DNA of 64,000 bases from an uncultured Chloroflexia bacterium (lineage in GTDB: Bacteria; Chloroflexota; Anaerolineae; CG2-30-64-16). Below the pieces are notes generated by a model. That model saw nothing but the letters and a program-made list of their open reading frames with translations, made no database searches and was not told the DNA's origin. Location: the NCBI GenBank assembly GCA_963774265.1, contig CAVZDU010000006.1, positions 256,001 through 320,000 on the forward strand, in the 5' to 3' direction. A program made the position numbers and the translations under genes. Shown in pieces: positions 20,186-29,825 of this stretch; the first letter of the stretch is position 1; each line of letters starts with the position of its first letter.

Positions 20186-20401
20186 GTGTCACCTCTACTT
20201 ATCTTGGTGGTGCCTGTCCTGGCAGCTACAGCAATCGTGATGGCATCCTGCATTCTGGCCGGGCGGACGGAACAGTTCTTGGAGAATCCGGCGCTGAACG
20301 AAGACGCATACCGGCCGGCTTTGCGCCCCACGCCTGCATCCGCCAATCCGGCGCCCATTCCGGTAAGGATGGCTGCTCGGCCCGATCACCCGGAGTTTTG
20401 A
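20186..20401 (+). CDS. 71-aa small membrane/lipoprotein-like protein, copy 1
   Basis: GGAG then GTG start aligned with the ATG of copy 2; hydrophobic N-terminus ending MASC; Pro-rich tail. Confidence 0.6.
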   Translation: MSPLLILVVPVLAATAIVMASCILAGRTEQFLENPALNEDAYRPALRPTPASANPAPIPVRMAARPDHPEF

Positions 20402-20591
20402 AGTCCGTTTTGGGCTGGCCGTGACCGGCCAGCCCCTCCCATTCTCGCGGGAAATCGTATCCGTTGTGCCCGCGCCTCGTTTGTGTTAAAGATCAGGTGT
20501 GTTTCCCGAGCGGAGCTGACCGCGGCCGGCAAAAGAAGGTTCGCTGCAAACCCGGTCGTGGATCGCCATCCTGTTGTTTGGAGCTTTCACA

Positions 20592-20807
20592 ATGACACCT
20601 CTGATTATCTTGGCCGTGCCTGTCCTGGCCGCCACATCGATCGCCATGGCATCCTGCATTCTGGCCGGACGGACGGAGCGTTTTCTGGACGACCCGGTGC
20701 TGGACGAAGACGCATACCAGCCGGTTCTGCGCCCCACGCGTGCATCCACCGACCCAGTGCCTATTCCGGTAAGGTTCGTCGCTCGGCCCGATCGCACGGA
20801 GACCTGA
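20592..20807 (+). CDS. 71-aa small membrane/lipoprotein-like protein, copy 2
   Basis: GGAG then ATG; same length as copy 1 and colinear with it (MASCILAGRTE, EDAY, PIPVR). Confidence 0.6.
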   Translation: MTPLIILAVPVLAATSIAMASCILAGRTERFLDDPVLDEDAYQPVLRPTRASTDPVPIPVRFVARPDRTET

Positions 20808-21090
20808 AGCCCGCGTTGATCTGGCCGTGACCGACCGCTTGCCTGCGAAGGCCCCCATTTGCGCTTTCCCCGCAAAGTCGCTGATTGATCCGGACGTTGC
20901 TCGCGTTGCCTTTCTGCGGCAACCCCCCCTTTTCGCGGGAGGCCGCTCCTCCGAAGGCGATACACTACTATCCGAAACCTGTATCTTCCGACCACATGTG
21001 TTATATTAGCCTCCGTCCGCAGCGGCCCGGAAAACCCGAGCTGCTCGGTCCCTCATACGAAATATCGCTGGTTTTCTGTAAGGATTATCA

Positions 21091-22620
21091 ATGAAGAGGT
21101 CAATCTTGCACTTCATACTAGCTCTTGCTTTCTTGTTGCAGGCAGCATCATGCGCACCTGGCGCCCTTGCACCCGCTGCAGCTCCCATCTCCATTCCAGA
21201 CAACACAGCGCCTGCTGGTCCGACCATCACTCCTACGATCGGCACTGTCCCACCAGCTGAGGACGGGACTCCCAACATCCAGCCACCCGCGACGCCGACT
21301 GCCCCGGCAGCGGATGCCGTCTACTACGTTTCCCGTTCGGGCAGCAATGGCGACGGCATATCCTGGGCCACGGCCTGGAACGAGCTGGATCAGATCGACT
21401 GGGGTGCGATCGAGCCGGGAGATACCATCCTGATAGACGGCGGTTCAGTCACCTGCAGGTACGCCGTGACGGTCACCCACAGCACCAACATGCCACTGCC
21501 TGCCGGCTGCGGGATGGTATACAACACCCCGCTGACGATTGGTGCGAGCGGCACGGCGGATGCGCCCATCACGATCCGGCTGGCCGACGATCCGGGGCGG
21601 AACGGCACCGCACGCATCTTTGGCGGCCGCACAACGCCCCTGCCCTTTTGTGGACAGTCGTCCTATGCCCCCGACCGGCCAGGCAGCGGCGACGGGATCC
21701 ACGTAAATGGTCGAAGCCATATCGTGATTGACGGCAGCCATTGGTCCGGGATCATGGTCTACGGCTGGACGCAAGGTATGGACCTGTCACCCAATGGGGA
21801 CAATCACGACGTGACTCTGCGCAATGCAGAGATGTTCGATAACGGCTCCTGGTCGGCCAACAACGGGTCGGACGAAGAGGCCATCACCGGCAGCGGCTCC
21901 ACCTTGCTCTTTGAACGGCTGATCCTCCACGACAATGGGCAGGATCAGTTCCAGACCGGGTACAAACTGCCGGTGAACGATGCGGTCTTTCGCCGATGCT
22001 GGTTCTACAACCAACGGCCGCACCCCACAGTTCGTGATGAACCGTTCAACTATTGCACGCACTCGGATGGCATCCAGTTCTTTGGCAACCTGACACACCA
22101 GAACATCGCCATCGAGGATTCCATCGTTGGCCCCGGTTTGATGCAGGGGGTCATCCTGGGTGAGACCGGCCGGATCAACAATGTGACGGTCCGAAATTCG
22201 CTCTTTGTCGGTTACCACGGCGATGCTGACAATGCGGGCTTCCTGGTCAAGGAGACACTTGCCGAACGCCATGGCTATGTTTTCGATCATGTGACGGTAG
22301 TCCGGGACGTGGAGGCTCCATGGTGGAGCATCTATGCTCCGGGCAGCGGATACGCGGCGTATGACTCTCTGTTTGTGGGAGGGCGGGAAGTCCGGATCGG
22401 CGCAGGCACCAAGACCGGCAATGTCTGTTGGGACATCAGCGACTATTCGGGTGTCTGCAATCAACGCGCTGATCCACAGTTTGTCGATCCCGACTATGCC
22501 GGCGTGGGCGAGGGCTTTGCCGACTTCGACTTCACAATCACCAATCCGGCAATTCCTCAGGGTGTCGGCTCCTCGATTACCTCGGTGGCACGGCTGCTAG
22601 GAGATGCCACGCCACCCTGA
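21091..22620 (+). CDS. Putative lipoprotein with right-handed beta-helix (pectate-lyase-like) domain
   Basis: Signal ending AASC, Pro/Thr linker, YYVSRSGSNGDG.SWATAW, PGDTILIDGG and HSDGIQ. Confidence 0.72.
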   Translation: MKRSILHFILALAFLLQAASCAPGALAPAAAPISIPDNTAPAGPTITPTIGTVPPAEDGTPNIQPPATPTAPAADAVYYVSRSGSNGDGISWATAWNELDQIDWGAIEPGDTILIDGGSVTCRYAVTVTHSTNMPLPAGCGMVYNTPLTIGASGTADAPITIRLADDPGRNGTARIFGGRTTPLPFCGQSSYAPDRPGSGDGIHVNGRSHIVIDGSHWSGIMVYGWTQGMDLSPNGDNHDVTLRNAEMFDNGSWSANNGSDEEAITGSGSTLLFERLILHDNGQDQFQTGYKLPVNDAVFRRCWFYNQRPHPTVRDEPFNYCTHSDGIQFFGNLTHQNIAIEDSIVGPGLMQGVILGETGRINNVTVRNSLFVGYHGDADNAGFLVKETLAERHGYVFDHVTVVRDVEAPWWSIYAPGSGYAAYDSLFVGGREVRIGAGTKTGNVCWDISDYSGVCNQRADPQFVDPDYAGVGEGFADFDFTITNPAIPQGVGSSITSVARLLGDATPP

Positions 22621-22650
22621 GCCTGGATTGGTAAGTTGCCCTCTCAGAGT
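21294..22650 (+). repeat. ~1.36-kb near-identical repeat, copy 1 (copy 2 at 27187-28543)
   Basis: Constant offset of 5893 nt at both ends. Confidence 0.92.
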
Positions 22651-22888
22651 CAACGCTTCAATTTGAAATCCCCACCCGGAAGCCCCGATAAGTTCACTCT
22701 ACCTCAAGCTCTGACACCATCTTGGGGTCTACTTTGGGGCCTACAGGAAGGCAATTGACGGCGATTCTGATACTCGCCTCCTTGTGAGTGTTCGCTTTTG
22801 GTGAACATCCGCTCTTTCCAATCTAGCATGCCACCTGATGTGCCACCGTGCCGCGAGTCAAACGAATCGACATGTCGAAAACTCGGAC

Positions 22889-22917
22889 TTGACGACTCAC
22901 TTATTATATAGTAATAT
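22889..22917 (+). promoter_or_regulatory. sigma70-type promoter for the 23011 gene
   Basis: TTGACG-17 nt-TAATAT in an AT-rich patch. Confidence 0.55.
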
Positions 22918-23010
22918 TTGCAATAGAAGAGGGTTACTGGTGATGCCACCAATTGCTGCGGCCGTCCTCTCGGCGGCAGCGGTTGCAGCCGAGATGTGGA
23001 AGAGGTCATC

Positions 23011-26000
23011 ATGTCAGAAAAGCCGACTCCGCGGCGAGTTGCAAATGTGGCCCTGGCGTTTATCGCAGTGTGGGTATTGGTTGGCTGCGTCGGCTTGCCG
23101 CCTGTTGAGACGCCTAGAGCCCCGACAGCCCCCACCTACTGGTATGTAGACAATGCTGCCACTGGAAACAACAACGGCACGTCATGGACAAATGCCTGGA
23201 AATCGTTTGCCGATATTGACTGGGGGACTGGCGGGTTAAAAGCCGGCGACACGCTCTATATTTCGGGTGGGTCTAGCTCAAAGACATACTATGAAACGCT
23301 CACGGTGGCAGCTAGTGGAAGTCCTGGCTCCTTCATTACGATTGACGTGGGAGCTAACAGCCCTTCACCTTCCGGGCACGACGGCACAGTCATCATCGAC
23401 GGCGGATCGTCGCGCAACTCCGGCATCGTGATCTACAACTACAATTACATCAATGTCAACGGCTTGTATGGAGCGGCTACCTACAAACTGCTGGTGCGAA
23501 ATCATATCGGCACGGGGGTCGGCTCTGTACAGGTGCGCAACAGTAGCTACACCTACATCGACTACGTCAAAGTGGACAATGGTAAGTCGCGAGGCGTCTT
23601 CTTCGACAACGCGGATCACAGCCGCATTCGAGGCTCCGAGGTACGCACCGGTTCCGTGAACTACAATGCTGAAACGGACGGCCTCTACCTGCAGTTCGGA
23701 AACGATAACATAGTGGAAAGTAACTACGTGGTTATCAGCAACGCGGATTCCACCAACCACATGGACTGCCTGCAGGTAGCAAATCAGGAGAACCGGCTCA
23801 TCATCCGTAGCAACTGGCTAGAATGGACGAATGGGCTGGGTAATAACCAAAGCCAGACGTTCATCATTGAAGGCTCAAGCGATTGGGTGTATTTCTACAA
23901 CAACGTGGTCCTGGGCGGCTCCAATAATCCGTATCAGGCTGCGCTGTTTAAGGCAGCTGATGGCGGCGTACACTATATCTGGAACAATATCATCATAGCA
24001 CAGCACCCCACGGGAATTGCTTTGAAGTCTAACAGTATGACTGATGCCGAGTTCGGCGCAATAAAGAACAACATCATCTACAGCCCGAACGGCTACCCCG
24101 TATTCCTCAACACTGCGGTCACCCCAAGCAAGATGGATCATAACCTCCTCTATCGGTCGAGCGGTTCATACGTGTCATACATGAACGGAACAAATAGAAC
24201 GTGGGTGCAGCATCAGGCAGCTGGCTACGACCCGAATGGCATTAACGCAGATCCGGATTACAGCAAGGGAAATGAGTACCGGCTGAACGCCACGTCGCCG
24301 TGCATTGATGCCGGAACGTCACTCAGCAGCTATTTTACCTCAGATCGCGATGGCGTCACCAGGCCAGTGGGGACAGCCTGGGACATCGGGGCTTATGAGT
24401 TTGAGGCGACAAGCGAACCCACCAAGACACCAACCGCCACGCTAACCAGGACGCCAACCGCCACGGTGCCACCGACCAGCACACCGACGGCCACCACCGG
24501 GCCGACCAACACGCCAACCGCCACGGTGCCACCGACCAGCACATCGACAGCCACGCCCACACCGACCAACACGCCAACCGCCACGATGCCACCGACCAGC
24601 ACACCGACGGCCACCACCGGGCCAACCAACACGCCAACCGCCACGATGCCACCGACCAGCACATCGACGGCCACGCCCACACCAACCAACACGCCGACCG
24701 CCACGCCTGCACCGACCGATACACCGACGGCCACCACCGGGCCGACCAACACGCCGACCACCACGCCCGCACCGACCGATACAGCGACAGCCACGCCTGC
24801 ACCGACCAATACGCCGACACAGCCGCCAACCAACACCCCCACAAGCACCAATACGCCCGAACCCACGGCAACCTCGCCCGCCGCTGAGGATCCGTCCATT
24901 TTGTACGCGAACGGATTGGCGGTTGATCCGAGAACCGATCTGGTGTACGTCACCAGCAGGGATAACGACCGGCTGTTCGTCGTGGATGGCGTCACCCTGA
25001 ACGTCGTGGGCAACGTAGGCGTGGGAAGCCTGCCGTGGGGAGTTGCCGTAAACACGGCGACCAACAAAGTCTATGTGGCCAACTGGGGCACCCATGACCT
25101 CACGGTCCTGGACGCCACCACGCGCACCTTGCTGAACAGCATATACGTAGGGGCTAGTCCAACCTTCGTGGAGGTAAACCCGCAGACAAACCGCATCTAC
25201 ACTGTGGAGTATGGCAGCAACACTCTGGTTGTCATCAATGGAGACACAGATGCGATCGAATACAACGTGGGAACCGGCGGCGTGGGATCATGGGGCCTTG
25301 CCGTAAACCCGAACCTCAATCGGGTCTACGTCAGCAATCGCGATTCGGGAACAGTGACCACGCTGGACGGCAACAACGGCTACCAAGTCCTCTCCTCGCA
25401 ATCGATCAGGCCGTGCGGAGGGACGAGTTCCGCCCCCTACAGCCTCGGCTTCAACCCCGTCAATAACAAGCTGTACATTGCTTGTTCGCCATCCCATAAT
25501 GTTGATTCGGCGGCCATTTATGTGGCCGGCCCCGCCGGCATGACGCCTCTGGCTTTCTTCAATATCGGAAATGGGAGCGATACGGGAGGAGGTGGAGTGG
25601 CCGTCAACAGGGCAAGCGGCAACGTCTTCTTCACGAACAGCGGCGACCATACTGTAAGTGTCGTGAGCGGCGCCACGGACCAGATCATCAAGAGTATTCC
25701 TGCTGGCAAAAACCCCTATGGTGCAGTGGTCAACCCCACCACCCAGAAGGTGTACATCGGCAACCGGGACAGCCACGACCTGACGGTCATCTACGACACG
25801 ATCACGCCGACAATGACGGCGACGGCCACAGCCACACGGACCAACACGCCGACAAGGACGCCGACGGCCACGGCCACACCGACCAACACGCCGACACGGA
25901 CGCCAACGGCCACGGCCACACCGACCAGCACACCGACAAGGACGCCGACGGCCACGGCCACACCGACCAGCACACCAACAGCCACACCCGAGCAGGCCGC

Positions 26001-26769
26001 CTGGCGCGGCGAGTACTTTGCCGACCCCTTGCTCTCCGGCTCACCCGGTATAGTACGGGATGATGCGACGATCAACTTCAACTGGGGCGCCGGCTCGCCC
26101 GCCTATCCGATTCCGGACGACAATTTCTCGGTCCGCTGGACGCGCACCGTGACGTTCGAGGCCGGGCGCTACCGCTTCGCGACGACCACCGATGACGGTG
26201 TCCGGCTCTATTTGGATGGTATATTGATCATCGATCGGTGGCGCGACCAGTCATCGACCGTCCACATCACCGAGCGTGACCTCGGCGCCGGACAGCACTC
26301 ACTGCGCATGGAGTATTACGAGGCATCCGGAGACGCGGAGGCGCGCCTCTCGTGGACACGCATCGACGAATCGCCCTCCCCAGATGCTTGGCACGGCGAG
26401 TACTTCGTCGGCACCTCGCTGTCTGGCTCGCCCGCCATGATCCGGGATGACGCAGCGATCAACTTCAACTGGGGAGAAGCCTCACGCGATGCCCTAATGC
26501 CAGATGACTACTTCTCGGTCCGCTGGACGCGCACCGTGACGTTCGAGGCCGGGGTCTACCGCTTTACGACAACCACCGACGACGGTGTGCGGCTTTACGT
26601 GGACGACCAGCTGCTCATCGATCGGTGGCGCGTGCAGGCGGTGGCATCCTACAGTGCCGAGTACAATCTCAGCGCCGGGCAGCACTCGCTGCGTATGGAG
26701 TACTTCGAGGTGACTGGCAAAGCGGTGGCACGCCTCTCCTGGGAGCGCGTCGACACACCGACCCCGTAG
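23011..26769 (+). CDS. Large modular surface lipoprotein: beta-helix, Pro/Thr linker, YVTN/YncE beta-propeller, Pro/Thr linker, two PA14 domains
   Basis: Lipobox LVGC; YVDNAATGNNNGTSW; SPCIDAG...WDIGAYEF; PWGVAVN..NKVYVAN repeats; two copies of FSVRWTRT...TTDDGVRLY...HSLRMEY. Confidence 0.85.
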   Translation: MSEKPTPRRVANVALAFIAVWVLVGCVGLPPVETPRAPTAPTYWYVDNAATGNNNGTSWTNAWKSFADIDWGTGGLKAGDTLYISGGSSSKTYYETLTVAASGSPGSFITIDVGANSPSPSGHDGTVIIDGGSSRNSGIVIYNYNYINVNGLYGAATYKLLVRNHIGTGVGSVQVRNSSYTYIDYVKVDNGKSRGVFFDNADHSRIRGSEVRTGSVNYNAETDGLYLQFGNDNIVESNYVVISNADSTNHMDCLQVANQENRLIIRSNWLEWTNGLGNNQSQTFIIEGSSDWVYFYNNVVLGGSNNPYQAALFKAADGGVHYIWNNIIIAQHPTGIALKSNSMTDAEFGAIKNNIIYSPNGYPVFLNTAVTPSKMDHNLLYRSSGSYVSYMNGTNRTWVQHQAAGYDPNGINADPDYSKGNEYRLNATSPCIDAGTSLSSYFTSDRDGVTRPVGTAWDIGAYEFEATSEPTKTPTATLTRTPTATVPPTSTPTATTGPTNTPTATVPPTSTSTATPTPTNTPTATMPPTSTPTATTGPTNTPTATMPPTSTSTATPTPTNTPTATPAPTDTPTATTGPTNTPTTTPAPTDTATATPAPTNTPTQPPTNTPTSTNTPEPTATSPAAEDPSILYANGLAVDPRTDLVYVTSRDNDRLFVVDGVTLNVVGNVGVGSLPWGVAVNTATNKVYVANWGTHDLTVLDATTRTLLNSIYVGASPTFVEVNPQTNRIYTVEYGSNTLVVINGDTDAIEYNVGTGGVGSWGLAVNPNLNRVYVSNRDSGTVTTLDGNNGYQVLSSQSIRPCGGTSSAPYSLGFNPVNNKLYIACSPSHNVDSAAIYVAGPAGMTPLAFFNIGNGSDTGGGGVAVNRASGNVFFTNSGDHTVSVVSGATDQIIKSIPAGKNPYGAVVNPTTQKVYIGNRDSHDLTVIYDTITPTMTATATATRTNTPTRTPTATATPTNTPTRTPTATATPTSTPTRTPTATATPTSTPTATPEQAAWRGEYFADPLLSGSPGIVRDDATINFNWGAGSPAYPIPDDNFSVRWTRTVTFEAGRYRFATTTDDGVRLYLDGILIIDRWRDQSSTVHITERDLGAGQHSLRMEYYEASGDAEARLSWTRIDESPSPDAWHGEYFVGTSLSGSPAMIRDDAAINFNWGEASRDALMPDDYFSVRWTRTVTFEAGVYRFTTTTDDGVRLYVDDQLLIDRWRVQAVASYSAEYNLSAGQHSLRMEYFEVTGKAVARLSWERVDTPTP
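24421..24870 (+). repeat. Coding tandem repeat (30/60-nt periodicity) giving a TPTAT mucin-like linker
   Basis: Repeated ACGCCAACCGCCACG...CCGACCAAC units. Confidence 0.9.
25801..25990 (+). repeat. Second Pro/Thr coding repeat (42-nt unit, TPTRTPTATATPT[NS])
   Basis: About three copies visible in both DNA and protein. Confidence 0.85.
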
Positions 26770-26851
26770 CCCAGGTGTGGGGCGAAGGCCTGGCTAACCG
26801 CTCATTGTCTGACCCGCCGACCATGATGCGGATGACGCAGCGATCAAATCA

Positions 26852-26885
26852 AGACTTGGGCGCCGGATCACCGGCGCCCAAGTCT
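26852..26885. terminator. Perfect 15-bp stem / 4-nt loop hairpin downstream of the 23011 gene
   Basis: AGACTTGGGCGCCGG-ATCA-CCGGCGCCCAAGTCT; no U-tract. Confidence 0.55.
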
Positions 26886-26971
26886 CCCACCAACAACTTC
26901 TCTGTCCATCAAACACGCAAGATCGACCTCAGTGACGATCACTACCGCTTCAGGACGCCCCCGGTATCTCA

Positions 26972-27000
26972 TTGGCCGTTCTCCCAGGTGAGTTTATAAT
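26972..27000 (+). promoter_or_regulatory. sigma70-type promoter for the 27104 gene
   Basis: TTGGCC-17 nt-TATAAT. Confidence 0.55.
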
Positions 27001-27103
27001 GCCTCGCAGTAAGAAAAACGAAGCAATGCGCGCTGACTGCTGAACAACCCAGCCAAAGGTTGTCTGCGCGTGTCACCCCACAAGCTTCGTTTAGGGAGGA
27101 CAA

Positions 27104-29788
27104 GTGAATACAAGCAAGCCGTCCATGTGGGGTGTGCTGCTTCTTCTTTTGGCTTTCTCTACCTGCAGTCAGAGAGTTCTGGCGGCGCCGACTGCCCCGG
27201 CAGCAGATGCCGTCTACTACGTTTCCCGTACGGGCAGCAATGGCGACGGTAGATCCTGGGCCACGGCCTGGAACGAGCTGGTGCAGATCGACTGGGGTGC
27301 GATCGGGCCGGGGGATACCATCCTGATAGACGGCGGTTCGGTCACCTGCAGGTACGCCGTCACGGTCACCCACAGCACCAACATGCCACTGCCTGCCGGC
27401 TGCGGGATGGTATACAATACCCCGCTAACGATTGGTGCGAGCGGCACGGCGGATGCGCCCATCACGATCCGGCTGGCCGACGATCCGGGGCGGAACGGCA
27501 CCGCACGCATCTTTGGCGGCCGCACAACGCCCCTGCCCTTTTGTGGACAGTCGTCTTATGCCCCCGACCGGCCAGGCAGCGGCGACGGGATCCACGTTTA
27601 TGGTCGAAGCTATATCACGATCGACGGCAGTCATTGGTCCGGGATCATGGTCTACGGCTGGACACGCGGTGCGTTCCTATCGTGGAATGGGGACAATCAC
27701 GACGTGACTCTGCGCAATGCAGAGATGTTCGATAACGGCTCCTGGTCGGCCAACAACGGGTCGGACGAAGAGGCCATCACCGGCAGCGGCTCCACCTTGC
27801 TCTTTGAACGGCTGATCCTCCACGACAACGGGCAGGATCAGTTCCAGACCGGGTACAAAACACCGGTGAACGATGCGGTCTTTCGCCGATGCTGGTTCTA
27901 CAATCAACGGCCGCACCCCACGGTGCGTGATGAGCCGTTCAACTATTGCATGCACTCGGATGGCATCCAGTTCTTTGGCAACCTGACACACCAGAACATC
28001 GCCATCGAAGATTCCATCGTTGGCCCCGGTTTGATGCAGGGGGTCATCCTGGGTGAGACCAGCCGGATCAACAATGTGACGGTCCGAAATTCGCTCTTTG
28101 TCGGTTACCACGGCGACGCTGACAATGCGGGCTTCCTGGCCAATGATGCACTTGCCGAACGCAATGGCTATGTTTTCGATCATGTGACGGTGGTCCGGGA
28201 CGTAGGACCTGAAGGTTGGAGCATCTATGCTCCGGGCAGCGGATACGCGGCGTATGACTCTCTGTTTGTGGGAGGGCGGGAAGTCCGGATCGGCGCAGGC
28301 ACCAAGACCGGCAATGTCTGTTGGAACATCAGCGACTACTCCGGTGTCTGCAATCAGCGCGCTGATCCGCAGTTTGTCGATCCCGACTATGCCGGCGTGG
28401 GCGAGGGCTTTGCCGACTTCGACTTCACAATCACCAATCCGGCAATTCCTCAGGGTGTCGGCTCCTCGATTACCTCGGTGACACAACTGCTGGGGGATAG
28501 CGCACCACCCTTAGCCTGGATCAATGACTTGCCCTCTCAGAGTGAGTGCGCAAATGTGTTGTTGAGTTGGGACGGTTCGGATCCTTCTCCTGGCACGGGC
28601 GTCCAGTTCTTTGATGTCCAGGCGTCTGACAATGATGGCGCCTGGACCAACTGGCTGCTGGAGACCACAGCCAGAAACAGCGTCTACGCGAGCGGTGCTC
28701 ACGGCCACACGCTGGGCTTCCGGGTGCGGGCTCACGACCAGGCCGACAACGTGGGCAGCTACAGCGCTGCGCGTTACAGCTCAATCGTCGATACCGTTTC
28801 ACCCCACGAAGCTCGAGTGAGTATTCTGCCTCCCGTACAGCAATCACCCTTTGGGGTCTACTGGACGGGAGCTGACACTTGTGGCGCGGTGACCTTTGAT
28901 GTCGAGTACCGTGTTGGCGCGTCACCGACCTGGACACGCTGGCTGACAGCGACTTCGGACACCCATGCCATGTTCGACCCAGTGGCGCCCCAATACGGTC
29001 AGACGTACACCTTCCGTGTGCGCGTTCATGACCAGGCCGGCAATTCGACTGAGTCAGAATCCGTCTCCACTATGCTGGCCAAGCACACCCTGAGGGGGGA
29101 GATAGTCACCCTCCGCCACCAACCGGTGATTTGGGCTCAGGTTACCATCAGTGGGGCAATAGCCGCCAAGTCGACCTTTGGGCGGTACATCGCCTACCTG
29201 GCAAACGACGGGGACTATGATCTCTCGGTAGCGCGCAGTGGGTTTGAAACACCGCCGCCAATGCACCTCACGTCGGTAACGTCCAGCTTGAGCGGCTTGG
29301 ACTTTGTGCTTTCACCCCGCGACGACGCGGTCGACAATGGTGGATTTGAGGCGGTTGGCTGGAGTGGCTGGTTACCGGGTGGGGCCGTAATGCCGGTCGT
29401 CATCTCAGGGGGACATACCGGCGACCGTGCGGCCAGGCTAGGAGGCGCCGGGGGGTCTTCGTGGCTGCGTCAGGATTTGTCTCTGCCGGGGGAGTTGGAA
29501 AATGCCACGCTGTCATTCCTGGTGCGGCTGGATGATGCCGCTGCTGGCGCCAGCACGCTCAACCTCGAGCTGGCTGGCACCGCCATCAGTTACACGCAGG
29601 TCGTCTCAACAGCCGATTGGATCCACGTCTGGTTCCCGGTTGATGCCGCTGTCGGCCAGGCGATGGCGCTCACCTTCACCGTATCCGGCTATTCGGCGGT
29701 GCGGCTGGACGAAGTGAGCTTGGGTTCGGCGATATCGGGCGGTTCCCAGTTCCACTTGCCGGTGATTCTTCGGGCTGGCACATCATGA
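27104..29788 (+). CDS. Secreted beta-helix protein with two Fn3-like domains, a carbohydrate-binding-like domain and a C-terminal HLPVILR tail
   Basis: AGGGAGG RBS plus GTG start; signal peptide; same beta-helix as the 21091 gene; two FRVR..DQAxN motifs; NGGFE motif. Confidence 0.8.
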   Translation: MNTSKPSMWGVLLLLLAFSTCSQRVLAAPTAPAADAVYYVSRTGSNGDGRSWATAWNELVQIDWGAIGPGDTILIDGGSVTCRYAVTVTHSTNMPLPAGCGMVYNTPLTIGASGTADAPITIRLADDPGRNGTARIFGGRTTPLPFCGQSSYAPDRPGSGDGIHVYGRSYITIDGSHWSGIMVYGWTRGAFLSWNGDNHDVTLRNAEMFDNGSWSANNGSDEEAITGSGSTLLFERLILHDNGQDQFQTGYKTPVNDAVFRRCWFYNQRPHPTVRDEPFNYCMHSDGIQFFGNLTHQNIAIEDSIVGPGLMQGVILGETSRINNVTVRNSLFVGYHGDADNAGFLANDALAERNGYVFDHVTVVRDVGPEGWSIYAPGSGYAAYDSLFVGGREVRIGAGTKTGNVCWNISDYSGVCNQRADPQFVDPDYAGVGEGFADFDFTITNPAIPQGVGSSITSVTQLLGDSAPPLAWINDLPSQSECANVLLSWDGSDPSPGTGVQFFDVQASDNDGAWTNWLLETTARNSVYASGAHGHTLGFRVRAHDQADNVGSYSAARYSSIVDTVSPHEARVSILPPVQQSPFGVYWTGADTCGAVTFDVEYRVGASPTWTRWLTATSDTHAMFDPVAPQYGQTYTFRVRVHDQAGNSTESESVSTMLAKHTLRGEIVTLRHQPVIWAQVTISGAIAAKSTFGRYIAYLANDGDYDLSVARSGFETPPPMHLTSVTSSLSGLDFVLSPRDDAVDNGGFEAVGWSGWLPGGAVMPVVISGGHTGDRAARLGGAGGSSWLRQDLSLPGELENATLSFLVRLDDAAAGASTLNLELAGTAISYTQVVSTADWIHVWFPVDAAVGQAMALTFTVSGYSAVRLDEVSLGSAISGGSQFHLPVILRAGTS
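27187..28543 (+). repeat. ~1.36-kb near-identical repeat, copy 2
   Basis: Matches 21294-22650. Confidence 0.92.
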
Positions 29789-29825
29789 ACTCAGGCGCGG
29801 TGCGGAGCTCGGGTCGCTTCCCCAC

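Noticed and set aside
20186-20807. Twin peptides as RiPP (graspetide) precursors for the RimK-like ATP-grasp
   Set aside because: No leader or core repeat motif typical of graspetides; TM-like N-terminus; the ligase lies in a divergent glycan operon.
24421-25990. CRISPR-like periodic repeats
   Set aside because: In-frame Pro/Thr coding repeats without unique spacers; no cas genes.
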